Of a DNA stretch of 64,000 nucleotides, positions 21,662 to 32,519 are shown piece after piece. Source of the DNA: Naegleria gruberi. Its lineage: Eukaryota. The position numbers and the translations under genes are program-made. The stretch is taken from the NCBI GenBank assembly GCA_000004985.1, contig GG738892.1. One strand, 5' to 3'. Each line of letters opens with the position of its first letter. Position 1 is the first letter of the stretch. The notes below the pieces were generated by a model. That model did not search any database. It was given only the letters and a program-made list of their open reading frames with translations, and was not told where the DNA came from.

Positions 21662-23821
21662 TCATTGTAAATGTTTTTGATATTTGGACACAGATTCCCA
21701 TTGTCTATAATTGGAAGTTTCTTGCAATCTTTTAAAAGTGTCCAACATGTTCAAAACCAGGTCAAATCCAACAACTTGCCATAACTTGTCAAATTCAATT
21801 TGTGATTTTTCTAGTGCTTGTTCTTTCAAATTGTAAAATTCCTTCTTACAACTCGAAGGAAGATTAACTTCAAATTTCGAATAACTCTTAATGAAAGTCT
21901 GATCAATTTCTTCCAATTCCTTCACAGAAACAAACTTTTGTCCCTTCAATTTCATCAGCATCGAATATAATTCAATATTTTCCAAACTAAACTCTTTGGA
22001 ACTATATTCTTTCAACAAGTTGAACAAATCTTCATTTTGTAAAACAACTTCCAATTCATCATTATTCTTCATTGGTTTCTTTCCATATTTCACCTTCTTA
22101 TAAATCTCAATCATGACCGTATTTCCTCCAGTGATGAGCACCATCGAGAGACAAATAATTGTGTTAAATAGTCCTCCAATCGAATCCCTTCCTTCAAATC
22201 CACCAATTATCGTATTTCCAAGAAGAATAATAATGATTACAATGATAATGAATGTTAATGAGAGGATATCGAGACGAACATAGAGTGGATCGTCAAAGAA
22301 TAGGAAATGGAATAGTCCAAGAGTTTTAATTCTCTTTGAATTTGAGATCATATCCAATATTACAAATAAAAGTCCTAGAATTGCACCCACTAGGATAAAC
22401 AATCCAAAAACAAAGGATCTGAATATGTCAGATGCCACTTTTAGTTCATTGAAAAACATGAATAGTCCCATGAGATTAAATAGCAAAGCTAGTAGAAATG
22501 TTAAAAGTACCGAAATAAGAATGCCACTTTTTTCTGAGGCCAATATTTTCATTAATCGTTCTCGTTTCGGATATTTTGTAATGAGAGAATATAAATTTCT
22601 CAAATAGTAGAATCTGACAACTGTTGCTGAATAGATAAAGACACCCCAAATTAACACAAATGTTGAAATATTGTAAACGACACAAACACATAGCCGAGAA
22701 AGATCAGTAAATGTCAACATCAGAATAAAAATGAGAATTGGAGTGTAGGGAAGTGCAATTCTTCTTCTAAGTGATGGTTTTTTAAACAATCCAAATCCAA
22801 ACAATAAAGCAAAGTATCCAAATATGATGAGAAATTGAGGAATTTTCCAATAGTCCTCCACTGGGTTATAGTTTTCTCCAACACATGCTGAGCTTTTACA
22901 CATGTAACATGATGAGGAGAGAAGCAAATTATTGAGAGAGCTCGTATTGAAATTGGTGGTTCCAATCTCAGAAAAAGGAGCTGATAACAAAAGTAAAGGA
23001 AGTTTGCTGTTTACAAGTGTCCAATTTCCTGAAAGAGATGATTTGGAAGTGATTCTCTCAATAATAGAAACATCTATTTCAGAAAAATTAGAATAACCTG
23101 TCAATAATCTAATGAATTGTGCATCTGACTCGTCAGGTAGATTGTCACATGAAGCCGTCTTCTCAACATGAAACAAATCAGTTTCACTCTCTATAGAAAC
23201 CGTTCTATTCGTATAAACCTCATACGGAATCAGTGGAATTGGCAAAAAATTCCCACTTTCCATCTTTTTCAAAGAACCAAATCCATTATTCCTATTATAA
23301 AATCTAACAAAGAAAGAAAAGGCATATGGTTCCATAAGGACAGCATCATACCTTTCCAAAAAGTAATTTCTATCAAGACAGATATCAAATGAAGGATAAA
23401 TGTTGTAAATGGTGCTTGATGAGTTGGAGAGAGGGGGAAATTCAGATGCTTGAATGGAAACATTGAAATAGTTAAAGGTGGAAGTTAAATATTGGGTGTG
23501 AAAAGTGGTGGCACCAATCGAGATTGGATTTGTTTTTAGCCAATTCATCACCAATTGTCTATTCACATCATGATTGGGGGAGGTGACATGTTGATTTTCT
23601 ATAAAGTCAACCAATTTACTTCCATTCTTCTTGAAAATGAAGAGTGTAAGAAAGGTTTTCACACCAATAATTTCATCGAATGAATTGACTTTTGAAAGAT
23701 GTTGTTTCGAATACAAAAGTTCCAATGGAATATTGGAAAAGGCATGAGCAAGATGTTGCATTGAAAAGCTCATGATTGCCACAAAGATGACGAGAAGGAG
23801 AAGAGAGAGGGAGCTTTTCAT
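21662..23821 (-). CDS. seven-transmembrane receptor with large N-terminal ectodomain and C-terminal RGS domain (GPCR-RGS fusion)
   Basis: Track ORF starts on TTG; the first ATG is at 23821 (MKSSLSLLLLVIFVAIMSFS, signal peptide). ~330-aa N-glycosylation-rich ectodomain, seven hydrophobic helices between ~aa 340-600, then an RGS box (..KEYSSKEFSLENIELYSMLMKLKGQ..EIDQTFIKSYSKFEVNL..). Confidence 0.6.
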   Translation of the reverse strand: MKSSLSLLLLVIFVAIMSFSMQHLAHAFSNIPLELLYSKQHLSKVNSFDEIIGVKTFLTLFIFKKNGSKLVDFIENQHVTSPNHDVNRQLVMNWLKTNPISIGATTFHTQYLTSTFNYFNVSIQASEFPPLSNSSSTIYNIYPSFDICLDRNYFLERYDAVLMEPYAFSFFVRFYNRNNGFGSLKKMESGNFLPIPLIPYEVYTNRTVSIESETDLFHVEKTASCDNLPDESDAQFIRLLTGYSNFSEIDVSIIERITSKSSLSGNWTLVNSKLPLLLLSAPFSEIGTTNFNTSSLNNLLLSSSCYMCKSSACVGENYNPVEDYWKIPQFLIIFGYFALLFGFGLFKKPSLRRRIALPYTPILIFILMLTFTDLSRLCVCVVYNISTFVLIWGVFIYSATVVRFYYLRNLYSLITKYPKRERLMKILASEKSGILISVLLTFLLALLFNLMGLFMFFNELKVASDIFRSFVFGLFILVGAILGLLFVILDMISNSKRIKTLGLFHFLFFDDPLYVRLDILSLTFIIIVIIIILLGNTIIGGFEGRDSIGGLFNTIICLSMVLITGGNTVMIEIYKKVKYGKKPMKNNDELEVVLQNEDLFNLLKEYSSKEFSLENIELYSMLMKLKGQKFVSVKELEEIDQTFIKSYSKFEVNLPSSCKKEFYNLKEQALEKSQIEFDKLWQVVGFDLVLNMLDTFKRLQETSNYRQWESVSKYQKHLQ

Positions 23822-24359
23822 GTTTTTTTTATTATTTCTTGTCAATTTACCCGGTAATGTGAAATGTCTAGTGAAATAGTTGAGAGCTATTATCCCTTAA
23901 TCTGACATGGACGAAACAAGGATCCTGTCCAATCTTTTACCCTTGCTTCTTGCCATATAAACAACATTCTTGCTTTTAATCAAAAATTGACACAATTTGA
24001 AGGACATACTCTCGTGAGTCTTCATCATGCATTGACATTATTCAAATCTGTGCAATTGAAAGCAGAAGAGATAGGCAAAGTGTTTATCGATAATTGTTTC
24101 AGTAACCAAATGGAATGTGCTTTGTAGCTGAAATTTCAAATTTCCAATCTTTACAGTTTCTAAGTTCTTTTGTAAACTAAATTGGTGAAATGAAATTGGA
24201 CTAGTGAACACTGCACAATTCTTCTATAAGGACGTACCTTTAATTTTAATCTTCGTCCGCGGACTTGCAAAATCCCTATTTTCTATTTCTAATAACTTTC
24301 TCAAAATTTCTTCAAAAACTTCCAAATTTTCCATTTTTCAAAAAAATTCAAAAAAAAAA

Positions 24360-25553
24360 ATGTCAACACAATCAATTCCCAACAGCAACAATATCAAAGT
24401 CTGCGTTACAGGTGCCACCGGATTTATTGCCTCTCACATTGTCTATCAGCTCCTTCTGAAGGGCTATACTGTACATGGCACTGTTAGATCGTTACCAAAG
24501 GGACAAGAGGAATTGATGAGTGCCCTCTTGAAATTTGATCAATTCTCGGAGGATGGACAGAAGAAATTGAGTGAAGAGATGATGAAGGAGAGATTGATTT
24601 GTTTTGAAGGTGATTTGTTGAAGGAGGGATGTTTTGAGAAGGCAATTGAGGGATGTCGATTTGTGCAACATACTGCTAGTCCGTATAAGATTGATGTGAA
24701 GGATCCACAGACTGATTTGGTTGATCCTGCATTGAAGGGAACTTTGAATGTTGTGAATGAATGTATAAAATTGAGAAAAACACAATCGAATGAGGATTCG
24801 AATAGATTGCAAAGAATTATACTGACCTCGTCGATTGCTGCTATTGTGGATACTGCATTGCCGGATAAGGTTTATACAGAGGAGGATTGGAATGAATTAT
24901 CTGGTTTGGATAAGAATCCATATTTCTATTCGAAAGTTGTTGCTGAAAAAGCTGCTTGGAAGGTGTTGAGACAAGCTGAATTGGAACATGGAAATGAATT
25001 TTTGGAATTGGCTGTCATTAATCCTAGTGCAGTAGTTGGTAGACCAATTTTTGAGAAACAAGTCAATCAAAGTCATGAATCAATCCAAAAAATAGCCAAT
25101 GGTGAATTTCCAGCCATTTTCAACTTGGCATTTGTTTTTGTGGATGTCAAAGATGTTGCTACAGCCCACGTTGCTGCAATGGAACATGAAATTGATAATA
25201 GAAGCAGATTTCTTCCATCAAAAGGTGAAAGATTCATTGCTGCAGGAGATGAAACTACAAACATGAAACAAATGTGTGACCTGTTTAGAGAATTATTCCC
25301 TAATCCTCCAAATACATGGATTAAGAATGTTCCAAGTTTTTCAATGGAAGGTGGTTTTGGAAATGCAGTGGCCAAGTTTGCAGGATTATTCCAACCAAAG
25401 GGAGTTCGTCAACTTGTCAATAGTTCTGTTGGAAAGCCAACCTATTTCTCAAATAAGAAGATTAGAGAAACATTTGGAATGACATTTATGGATGCTAAAA
25501 CTCAAATCAAAATTTCGACAGAGCATTTACTCAAATTAGGATTAATCAAATAA
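24360..25553 (+). CDS. NAD(P)-dependent epimerase/dehydratase-family reductase (cinnamoyl-CoA reductase / Gre2-like ketoreductase)
   Basis: Track ORF begins at 24204, but the Rossmann fold starts right after the internal Met at 24360 (MSTQS..KVCVTGATGFIASHIVYQLLLKGYTVHGTVRS). Typical SDR-extended layout with catalytic YxxxK region (YFYSKVVAEKAAW). Confidence 0.8.
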   Translation: MSTQSIPNSNNIKVCVTGATGFIASHIVYQLLLKGYTVHGTVRSLPKGQEELMSALLKFDQFSEDGQKKLSEEMMKERLICFEGDLLKEGCFEKAIEGCRFVQHTASPYKIDVKDPQTDLVDPALKGTLNVVNECIKLRKTQSNEDSNRLQRIILTSSIAAIVDTALPDKVYTEEDWNELSGLDKNPYFYSKVVAEKAAWKVLRQAELEHGNEFLELAVINPSAVVGRPIFEKQVNQSHESIQKIANGEFPAIFNLAFVFVDVKDVATAHVAAMEHEIDNRSRFLPSKGERFIAAGDETTNMKQMCDLFRELFPNPPNTWIKNVPSFSMEGGFGNAVAKFAGLFQPKGVRQLVNSSVGKPTYFSNKKIRETFGMTFMDAKTQIKISTEHLLKLGLIK

Positions 25554-25576
25554 TAATTAATTCATTTCAACTAATT

Positions 25577-25593
25577 TATATATATATATATAT
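25577..25593. repeat. (TA)n microsatellite in 3' flank of the reductase gene
   Basis: tatatatatatatatat run. Confidence 0.7.
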
Positions 25594-25686
25594 TGTATAA
25601 ATAAATAATTTATTATGCTATTTGAAATTAAAGAATTATGATACAGTTACTGGTATTTCTCTGCTGGTACACAGGTAAAATTGAAT

Positions 25687-26274
25687 TTACATGATACAAC
25701 ACTTCCTTTGCTTTTTAACAGAAGTTGTGGAGCTCTTTTTCTTTTCTATAGATTTCTTTCTAAGCATTGAATTAGTTTCTCTAATAATTTCTTCGAAACA
25801 TTCATTAATGTTCTGACCTGTTTTGGCTGATGTTTCGAAAAAGTGTTTAATCTGTAATGATTCTGCAAGATTTTTGCCTTGTGTGTTAGAGACTTGTCTT
25901 TCAGATGTCAAATCACACTTATTTCCAACCAGTACGAATGGAATTGTTTCAGTATTCTTTGCTCTCTTTACTTGTTCGACGAATATTCTAATCTCATCCA
26001 AACTTTTTCTGTTGGTAACATCATAAACAAGAATGAAACCATCACGTTGTCTCATGTAGACATCTCTGAGTGAGTAGAATTCCTCCTGACCAGCTGTATC
26101 AAGAATATCGACAAAGAATGTTTCTCCATCAACAATTTCTTCTTTCATGTATGAATCTTCAATTGTTGGATCGTAGAATTGTTCCGTGTTGAATTTGTTT
26201 TCAATGTGTCTGATGGTAATACTTGATTTACCTGTGGCACCTCCTCCAACAATTGCAATACTTAATTCTGGCAT
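25687..26274 (-). CDS. Ras-family small GTPase (Ras/Rap-like) with CAAX box
   Basis: G1 VGGGATGKS, effector loop YDPTIEDSY (Ras-type), G3 DTAGQEE, G4 GNKCD, G5 ETSAK, C-terminal polybasic stretch + CCIM prenylation motif; single exon. Confidence 0.85.
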   Translation of the reverse strand: MPELSIAIVGGGATGKSSITIRHIENKFNTEQFYDPTIEDSYMKEEIVDGETFFVDILDTAGQEEFYSLRDVYMRQRDGFILVYDVTNRKSLDEIRIFVEQVKRAKNTETIPFVLVGNKCDLTSERQVSNTQGKNLAESLQIKHFFETSAKTGQNINECFEEIIRETNSMLRKKSIEKKKSSTTSVKKQRKCCIM

Positions 26275-26519
26275 CTTTTAAGGGTTATTAATGTTTTGTA
26301 GATATTTGTTTTTGTTGTGAATTTACATTGCAGGTAATTCCTTAGTGGGGAATTTATATTAAGCATGATGAAGGATGTTGATATTATTAGAGAGTGATGA
26401 AGAACCTCTCCCGAGAATGTTCTTATCGTGTTCTTGATGTGTTCTTGGGAATAAGCAAAGACAGTAAAATTGATGTTCCTTAATATTCTTAATGAAATGG
26501 GAACTTGCCTAGTTGTGGT

Positions 26520-29149
26520 TTATTGGTGCAAGACTCTTGGCTTGAATCGAACCATGAGTGGAGTTGATGGTTCAACAGCTATGGCATGTCTTTCAATGAT
26601 TGGTGTTCGTTGCATTTCATCGGATAGGCTCATTTCATAATTCCATACCAAGTTGGCAGCATAATCAATCATTTGAGATTCAGCGAGTTTGTATCCAATC
26701 TATAATATCATTGTAAATTAAACTTCAAGTTTCAATAACTTACACATCTACGACCACCAATAAAGAATGGTACAAATTCAAATCTATTATTCAAAGAATT
26801 ATCCTCTTTGATTCTCTTGTTGTACTCGGTAAATCTGTCAGGACGAAATTCATCAGCATCTTCTCCCCAAATCTTCTTGTCATAATTATTCAAACCGTGG
26901 AATGTTAAAACTTGAAGGTTCTTTGGAAGGAGAATACCATCTTCCAAAACTATATCTTTTACAGTTTTTCTCAAATTTGCTGGGACTGGATTTTCCTTGG
27001 AGAGCAATAGTAACGTAGAAGATGCAGAATAGGCACGGTCTTTTTGTGTTATTTTTAACGTTCCTTGGCCGTACCTTGACCGCACCTCTTTTGTGTGTCT
27101 ATTTTTATTTCTTTTTGTGTTTCTTCCATCTCAACCTAGAAACGAGAAAAGACACAAAAAAAGGAACGGAANNNNNNNNNNNNNNNNNNNNNNNNNNNNN
27201 NNNNNNNNNNNNNNNNNNNNNTANAGCAATTGCTCCAAATCAATACTTAATGTTTAAACAAGAAGGAAAATTATACATTGGATGTATTCAATCACATACA
27301 AAAGATACAGTTAAATTTGGAAAGGTGTGGATTGTTACAAATGATTATCACCAAGTATGTCAATTCAGAAAATTAAATAGAGTGAAATCTTCCAATTTAA
27401 ATGTTGATTGGAAAGATATCAATGCTAGATGCCAAGTAGTTTACATTGATTCCAAGTTTTACTTGAATCAATTTATGTTAATCATGAATTATTATAAATT
27501 TTAAAAATTTTGAAATTCTTTTACAATAAAAAAAATTAAAATAGAAATAATAATTTATTTATTCGCTAGTTGTTCAACCCTTTCAGGTAAAAAATTAAGT
27601 TTACGTAGTAAAGGACTCATTCTATAATAGTACGATTAATTTAAAATTCATATTGGTTATTTATTGTTAAATAAGTGTTATTTGTACTTTTATAGAAAAT
27701 TAGCAAGGATTTCAACGGTGGAAATGACTTATAAAAATTTTAAAAGTGTCCATGCCTTGTTTGCAAACCTATTCCCGTGCCTATTTTCTGCCGTACCTGG
27801 GTCGTTTCTTAAAAATAAGTCACCAAACCTTCCCTGTTCCTTGCCAATTCTATTTTTATTACACACCGTACCTTTTCCATGCCTCGCCATTCCTGTTGCG
27901 CTCCAAGGCTTGCAAACGTAAAGTTTCATTCATGGCCATTTTCAAATATTCAAAATTATTATCAATATCTTTCAAAGTCAAATTGAGAGAGGATGAAGAG
28001 TCACGTGTTTCGAAGGAGGATGAGTTGACAAAGTCTTGAATTTCTTCAAAGACCTTTTGTTGGTATTGAGGATGTTTTGCCAAGAAGAAAATAAGCCAAC
28101 TTGAACTTATGCCTGTTGTTCGTGAACCAGCCAATAGAACAATATGAGTATTAGATACAACTTCATCCAAGCTCAATTTACCATACTCTGGAGATTCATA
28201 CTTTAAAAGTTGAGTAATGAAATTATCTCTATCCACATCAATTGAGGCCTGACCAGTATTTTCAATATTCTCTACCAATCTTTCCTTTTCTCTCAACACT
28301 AAATTCTTAATGTACTCTGGCCATGTACGGAATAATTCAGAAGAATCTGTGACATCCTTCCACAACCAAGCTGGAATTATTCTTCCCAAGGTGATAATCA
28401 CCGTTTTTGGAATCATCAAGACCATTTGAGCGGCCAGAAAGTTCCTTCTGGATAGCTCTGGTAATTCTTCCTTGTCATCCAACACAATTCGAATCCAATC
28501 CAAATGCTATTCTTCCAATCACATCTAGTGTTGCATTATTGAGTAATCTAAATACGTTGATTTCATTCTTTTGATTGTTTTCAACGTAGGTCAGTACATT
28601 CTTTACAATATCATTAATTGGAGTCATGTAGTTTGCAAGTTTGGAATCTGTAAAGCTAACTGAAGATATGGATCTGTATCTCTTCCAAGATTCTCCTCCT
28701 CTCGATGCAAAAACATTGTTGGTTGGTCCACAAGGTTGAATTTCCAAAAACTTTTCCTCATCCTTTTCAAAATATTTTGTTTTAGTGATGGCAATTTCCT
28801 TGTAATGATCCAATTTGCATGTGTGAAAGATTGTCTTGTCTCCTACTGTAATTCTCCAGTAGGGACCAAATTCATTATAGTTGTGATATTGCTTTTTATC
28901 ATTCCAGAAAAAGTCATTCTTGTGAAAGAGGATAAACAATAGTTTGAAGGGATAGTTTCGTCCAGGTATGTGAGATACTCTTTGGACCTCCTTTCTATGT
29001 TTGTACAAGGTAACAAGAATGTACGTAACCATCAATGCTAGAAATGAAGAGAGGATCATGACCCCTGTACCACTCATCATGTTTATGCCAGGTAACGTTA
29101 CTGAACGAAAAACAAACTGAACTAGTGTTTCAATATTGCCCGTAACCAT
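26520..29149 (-). CDS. cytochrome P450 monooxygenase, multi-exon, model incomplete (assembly gap and an apparent frame break)
   Basis: Exons on minus strand: 29149..~28497 (membrane anchor MMSGTGVMILSSFLALMVTYIL, ..DVIGRIAFGLD); ~28503..~27900 (I-helix LLAGSRTTGISSSW, K-helix NETLRL); 27085..26753 (..FRPDRFT..FVPFFIGGRRC heme-Cys motif), 54-nt intron 26699..26752 (GTAAGT..TATAG), last exon 26698..26520 (IGYKLAESQM..stop). The first two exon ORFs are out of frame in a 28-nt overlap with no intron possible, and the 50-N gap lies between ETLR and the heme exon. Confidence 0.6.
27172..27221. other. assembly gap (run of 50 N, plus a single n at 27224)
   Basis: Literal n characters in the sequence; sits inside the P450 gene. 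Confidence 0.95.
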
Positions 29150-29626
29150 GTTGTGTTAATTTTTTTCGTTTCTAGTTCTTTTGATTGTTCTTGTGATGTT
29201 CTTGTGATTAGATCACAATTCAAGATCTATTAAATCCGTAATTAAAAAACTAAAAGATGTTGCATCAATTATGTTCATGCTCGCTTCCACAACAGGTCTT
29301 GCGAGCATTGACCTACATGATTAAATTGCCTAGTCTCCTACTTCATTAGAACAAATGGGCCGTAACATAATGACCAACTTGACCGTTAAAGTATTTCCAA
29401 CCTTATCTTTTCCGATTCACTTCTTACTCTTCGTTGCAAAATTCGTTCCCAACACGACAAGCAATTTGGGTTTTGAATTTTTTTAAAAAATTAAAATATA
29501 TTTTGGCGCAATTTTTGCCAGCCTTCTTGTAATTCAAATATTCAAATGTTGGATGATGATAATTAGTTTATTAGCAAAAGTTTACATTTAAGTTTAGGTT
29601 ACGTTTTCAACAAGTTATTTGAAAAA

Positions 29627-30123
29627 ATGCCACCACGTAAAGCACCATCAACAAAGGCTCCACCACAAATTCACCTCTCGGAAGAAAAGAAGGTTCAATT
29701 AGAGAATGAATTAAATTGGTGTATTCAACAATTGGAATTAGGACTCTCTAGAAAGGATGCTGATGCATATCAAATTAAAGAAACCAAGAGAGTTCTTACC
29801 ACATTGCAATCAAATTCCGTTGCCGATGTTCAAAAGAGACAATTAATGAAAGTCATCTTTGGTGATTATAGGTAAGAGGTTCATAATATATTGTTAGTAA
29901 ATAATGAGGACATTGATTCGGAATCATGATGATGATGATGATGAACCTTATCTAATTTATATATTTTGGATATTAATTTAGAAAATTGATGAAAGACGAT
30001 AAAAAGCAACGAGAAGAGGAAGAGAATAAAAAGAAGGCAAAGGAAGAAAAAGCCCAAACAGAAAGCACGACATTGGAAGCAACTTCAGAAACTGTACAGT
30101 TAGAGGACAGTACAACAAATTAA
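29627..30123 (+). CDS. UPF0488 (C8orf33-like) family protein; join(29627..29871, 29982..30123), 110-nt intron 29872..29981 (GTAAGA..TTTAG)
   Basis: ..ELNWCIQQLELGLSRKDADAYQIKETKRVLTTLQS..QKRQLMKVIFGDYR matches the family core ..ELAWCVEQLELGLKRQK..KRQLMHSLFGDYR. Phase-2 splice reconstructs R and adds a Lys/Glu-rich tail (KLMKDDKKQREEEENKKKAKEEKAQTE..). Confidence 0.75.
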
Positions 30124-30540
30124 TTCATATCAATTTGCTCGCCATTAAGATCCACATCATATAAATTGTTTTTTGATTTTTTGAATGAGATTTTTGCACA
30201 TTTATTAAGGCTGATGATACCCCTCTCATCAGCACAAACACAATTGACTGCCTTATTTGTGGTGAGGAGGCCATGCGCTCAATACATTTTTTGCTAATTC
30301 TCCACAACGGGTAAAGCAAGTGCTGAATCTTTTCAGATTCTTTTCACAGGACCGAATATTCAACAGAATAATATTAATAAGGCTTCCTGCAATTTAAATT
30401 GAGGCAAAAGCAGTGCTAGCTTTCTCATTACACTACTCAAAAAACTACCTCAATATCCCAAACTCACACTCTTTTGTTGAGAATCATATAAAACGACAAG
30501 AATATATTTTCTCCCTGTTGTGAAATTTCAATAAGAAACA

Positions 30541-31209
30541 ATGCTCAATATCATTCATTCACAAGGAATAAGAGTATCATCATCATCATCATTACCCTCA
30601 CTCGTCCGTTCAAATTCCACTTTATTCTCAATGCTTAACTCATTCAATCAGGTAACATCTGCCTCAGTATCCATCAAGGAAACATCAAAATCAGAAGAAA
30701 CAACCCACACCAATTGGTATCATTTATGGGCCTTTTTGGCAATCTTGTTAGATTATGTTTCTGTAATTTTTAATGTCTTTCCAGTCTCTACGACGATTGA
30801 GAATACTCCATCAACATCCAGTATGATGACTAATGAAGAATTAGAATATGAACTTGGTAATCAATGCACTATAAGCAATTCCATAATGCCAAGGTCATTA
30901 TCCCCACGCCCAGATCTTCCAAAGAATAGTCTTGAGGTGTTTACCTCAGAGTTTTATTTTTCACTGTTTGCAAGTGGTGGAATTGAATCGAATGAAAACC
31001 TTGAGAGAATGGTAAATTCATTTGGTAATTTGGTGCCAAGACATGATAGCATCTATTCTCAATCTGAGTCCAGTGAAGATGATTCATCAAGTACCTCTTC
31101 AATAAGAACAAAACACAATAACGAACATTCTGAGAAAAGTTACCAACAACATGCAGAAGTAGATGCTTTAAAAAGTACCTTGAACTTGTTCAAGTTTCCT
31201 AAAAGGTAA
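30541..31209 (+). CDS. hypothetical Ser-rich protein with one predicted TM helix (WAFLAILLDYVSVIFNVF)
   Basis: 222-aa ORF with ATG start in a gene-sized gap between neighbours; no known domain. Confidence 0.3.
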   Translation: MLNIIHSQGIRVSSSSSLPSLVRSNSTLFSMLNSFNQVTSASVSIKETSKSEETTHTNWYHLWAFLAILLDYVSVIFNVFPVSTTIENTPSTSSMMTNEELEYELGNQCTISNSIMPRSLSPRPDLPKNSLEVFTSEFYFSLFASGGIESNENLERMVNSFGNLVPRHDSIYSQSESSEDDSSSTSSIRTKHNNEHSEKSYQQHAEVDALKSTLNLFKFPKR

Positions 31210-31383
31210 AATATAGTTGTGATGAGACTGGCAAATTGAATGAAATCCCATAATGGGTAATAATTGATGTTTTGAAGGACATTAGAGAATCGAAACTGAG
31301 ATCTCTATTGAGATACAAATGAGATTTATTTAACTTTCCAAATAAATTTAAAGTATAACAATTCAATGCACATCAACAAGTCC

Positions 31384-32163
31384 TTAATGATTGTTTGGAA
31401 GAATGAATCCTAAAAGGAAGCATGCTCGAACAATGAAAATTCTCCTCTCCAATGTAAAATAGTGAGCATTGTGTGCCTCAGCATCAATAATGCCCAATGT
31501 TGTCCCATTTTGGATGTCCAGAATTGGTGCACAACATTCTGATTGTACTTTTACATCACAGCTATAATAAGGTTGACCAGAATCAGAAGCACTATTCACA
31601 TCATCCAAAGTAACAACCACTCTATTCAGTGCTACAAATGAATTGGTTGAACTCTTTGCATGTTCCTCATCAATTGGAAAATCAGCTCTCGAATACTTTC
31701 CATAATAACTCATCTTATAGAGACACCCTTCAAAATTTCTATAAATTCCCATCCAATCACAACCAACTTGCTGTTGAATTGCATTCACCAACTTGTACAA
31801 CAGGTGGACATATCTTGCCAACTCTCTCTTTTCACAATTTTCCATAAATTTAACAAAAACCTGTTCGAACAAATCGAATGGTTTCTCATCCATCACTCTG
31901 CTACACATAAATCCACCTCCTTGAACTTTCTTTGGTACCGAATATTGGAAAAGTTTGGTTTCTTCTACAGAGGAAGAAATAATTTCCTTCTCAAACTCTT
32001 CATCGATATGATTTAAAATTGATCGGAATAAATGATCCACCTGTTCCGAAACTTGTTTCATATTAGTTTCATTTAGTAAAGCATCTTGTTTGATGATTTT
32101 TAAATAGTTAATAAATTGTAATTCATCAATGGTGGAAGGAAGTATGTTTTTAAATGATGCCAT
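31384..32163 (-). CDS. GAF-domain protein, free methionine-R-sulfoxide reductase-like, with N-terminal extension
   Basis: C-terminal half carries fRMsr/GAF-like motifs VGCDWMGIY..(vs dWvGfY) and YSCDVKVQSECCAPILDIQNGTTLGIIDAEA (vs iaCD..SEiVvPi..g.liGVlDiDS). Confidence 0.5.
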   Translation of the reverse strand: MASFKNILPSTIDELQFINYLKIIKQDALLNETNMKQVSEQVDHLFRSILNHIDEEFEKEIISSSVEETKLFQYSVPKKVQGGGFMCSRVMDEKPFDLFEQVFVKFMENCEKRELARYVHLLYKLVNAIQQQVGCDWMGIYRNFEGCLYKMSYYGKYSRADFPIDEEHAKSSTNSFVALNRVVVTLDDVNSASDSGQPYYSCDVKVQSECCAPILDIQNGTTLGIIDAEAHNAHYFTLERRIFIVRACFLLGFILPNNH

Positions 32164-32291
32164 TTTTTTTAAATATCTTTGTAATTGAATGATCTTTAAT
32201 TTTTCATAATTTTATAAAATCTTTAAATATATTAAACTATTTAACTATTTAAATAATTATCAAATCGTAAATTTAAAAAAAATAAAAAAAA

Positions 32292-32519
32292 ATGGCACTC
32301 GATGACGAAACCAAACATGTCCTGAAAACTGTCGGAATTTCAGTCGGAGTTAGTCTCCTCGTTGTCGGCTTGTATCATCACATTGTGATGGGTCCAATCA
32401 TGGACGATGTCGACAATGCACGACAATACATTGCAAAGATTAAAGCACCTCTGGCTCCACTGGTGGAAAAGGCAAAGGCTATTGAACTTCCGAATTGGTT
32501 GAAGAAATCGGATCAATAA
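32292..32519 (+). CDS. small (75 aa) single-TM protein, function unknown
   Basis: ATG-initiated ORF, TM helix TVGISVGVSLLVVGLYHHIV followed by an amphipathic tail; Lys-rich. Confidence 0.3.
   Translation: MALDDETKHVLKTVGISVGVSLLVVGLYHHIVMGPIMDDVDNARQYIAKIKAPLAPLVEKAKAIELPNWLKKSDQ

Noticed and set aside
27022-27504. 160-aa ORF spanning the run of N
   Set aside because: The ORF runs through the 50-N gap (translated as X) and lies antisense to P450 exons, so it is an artefact
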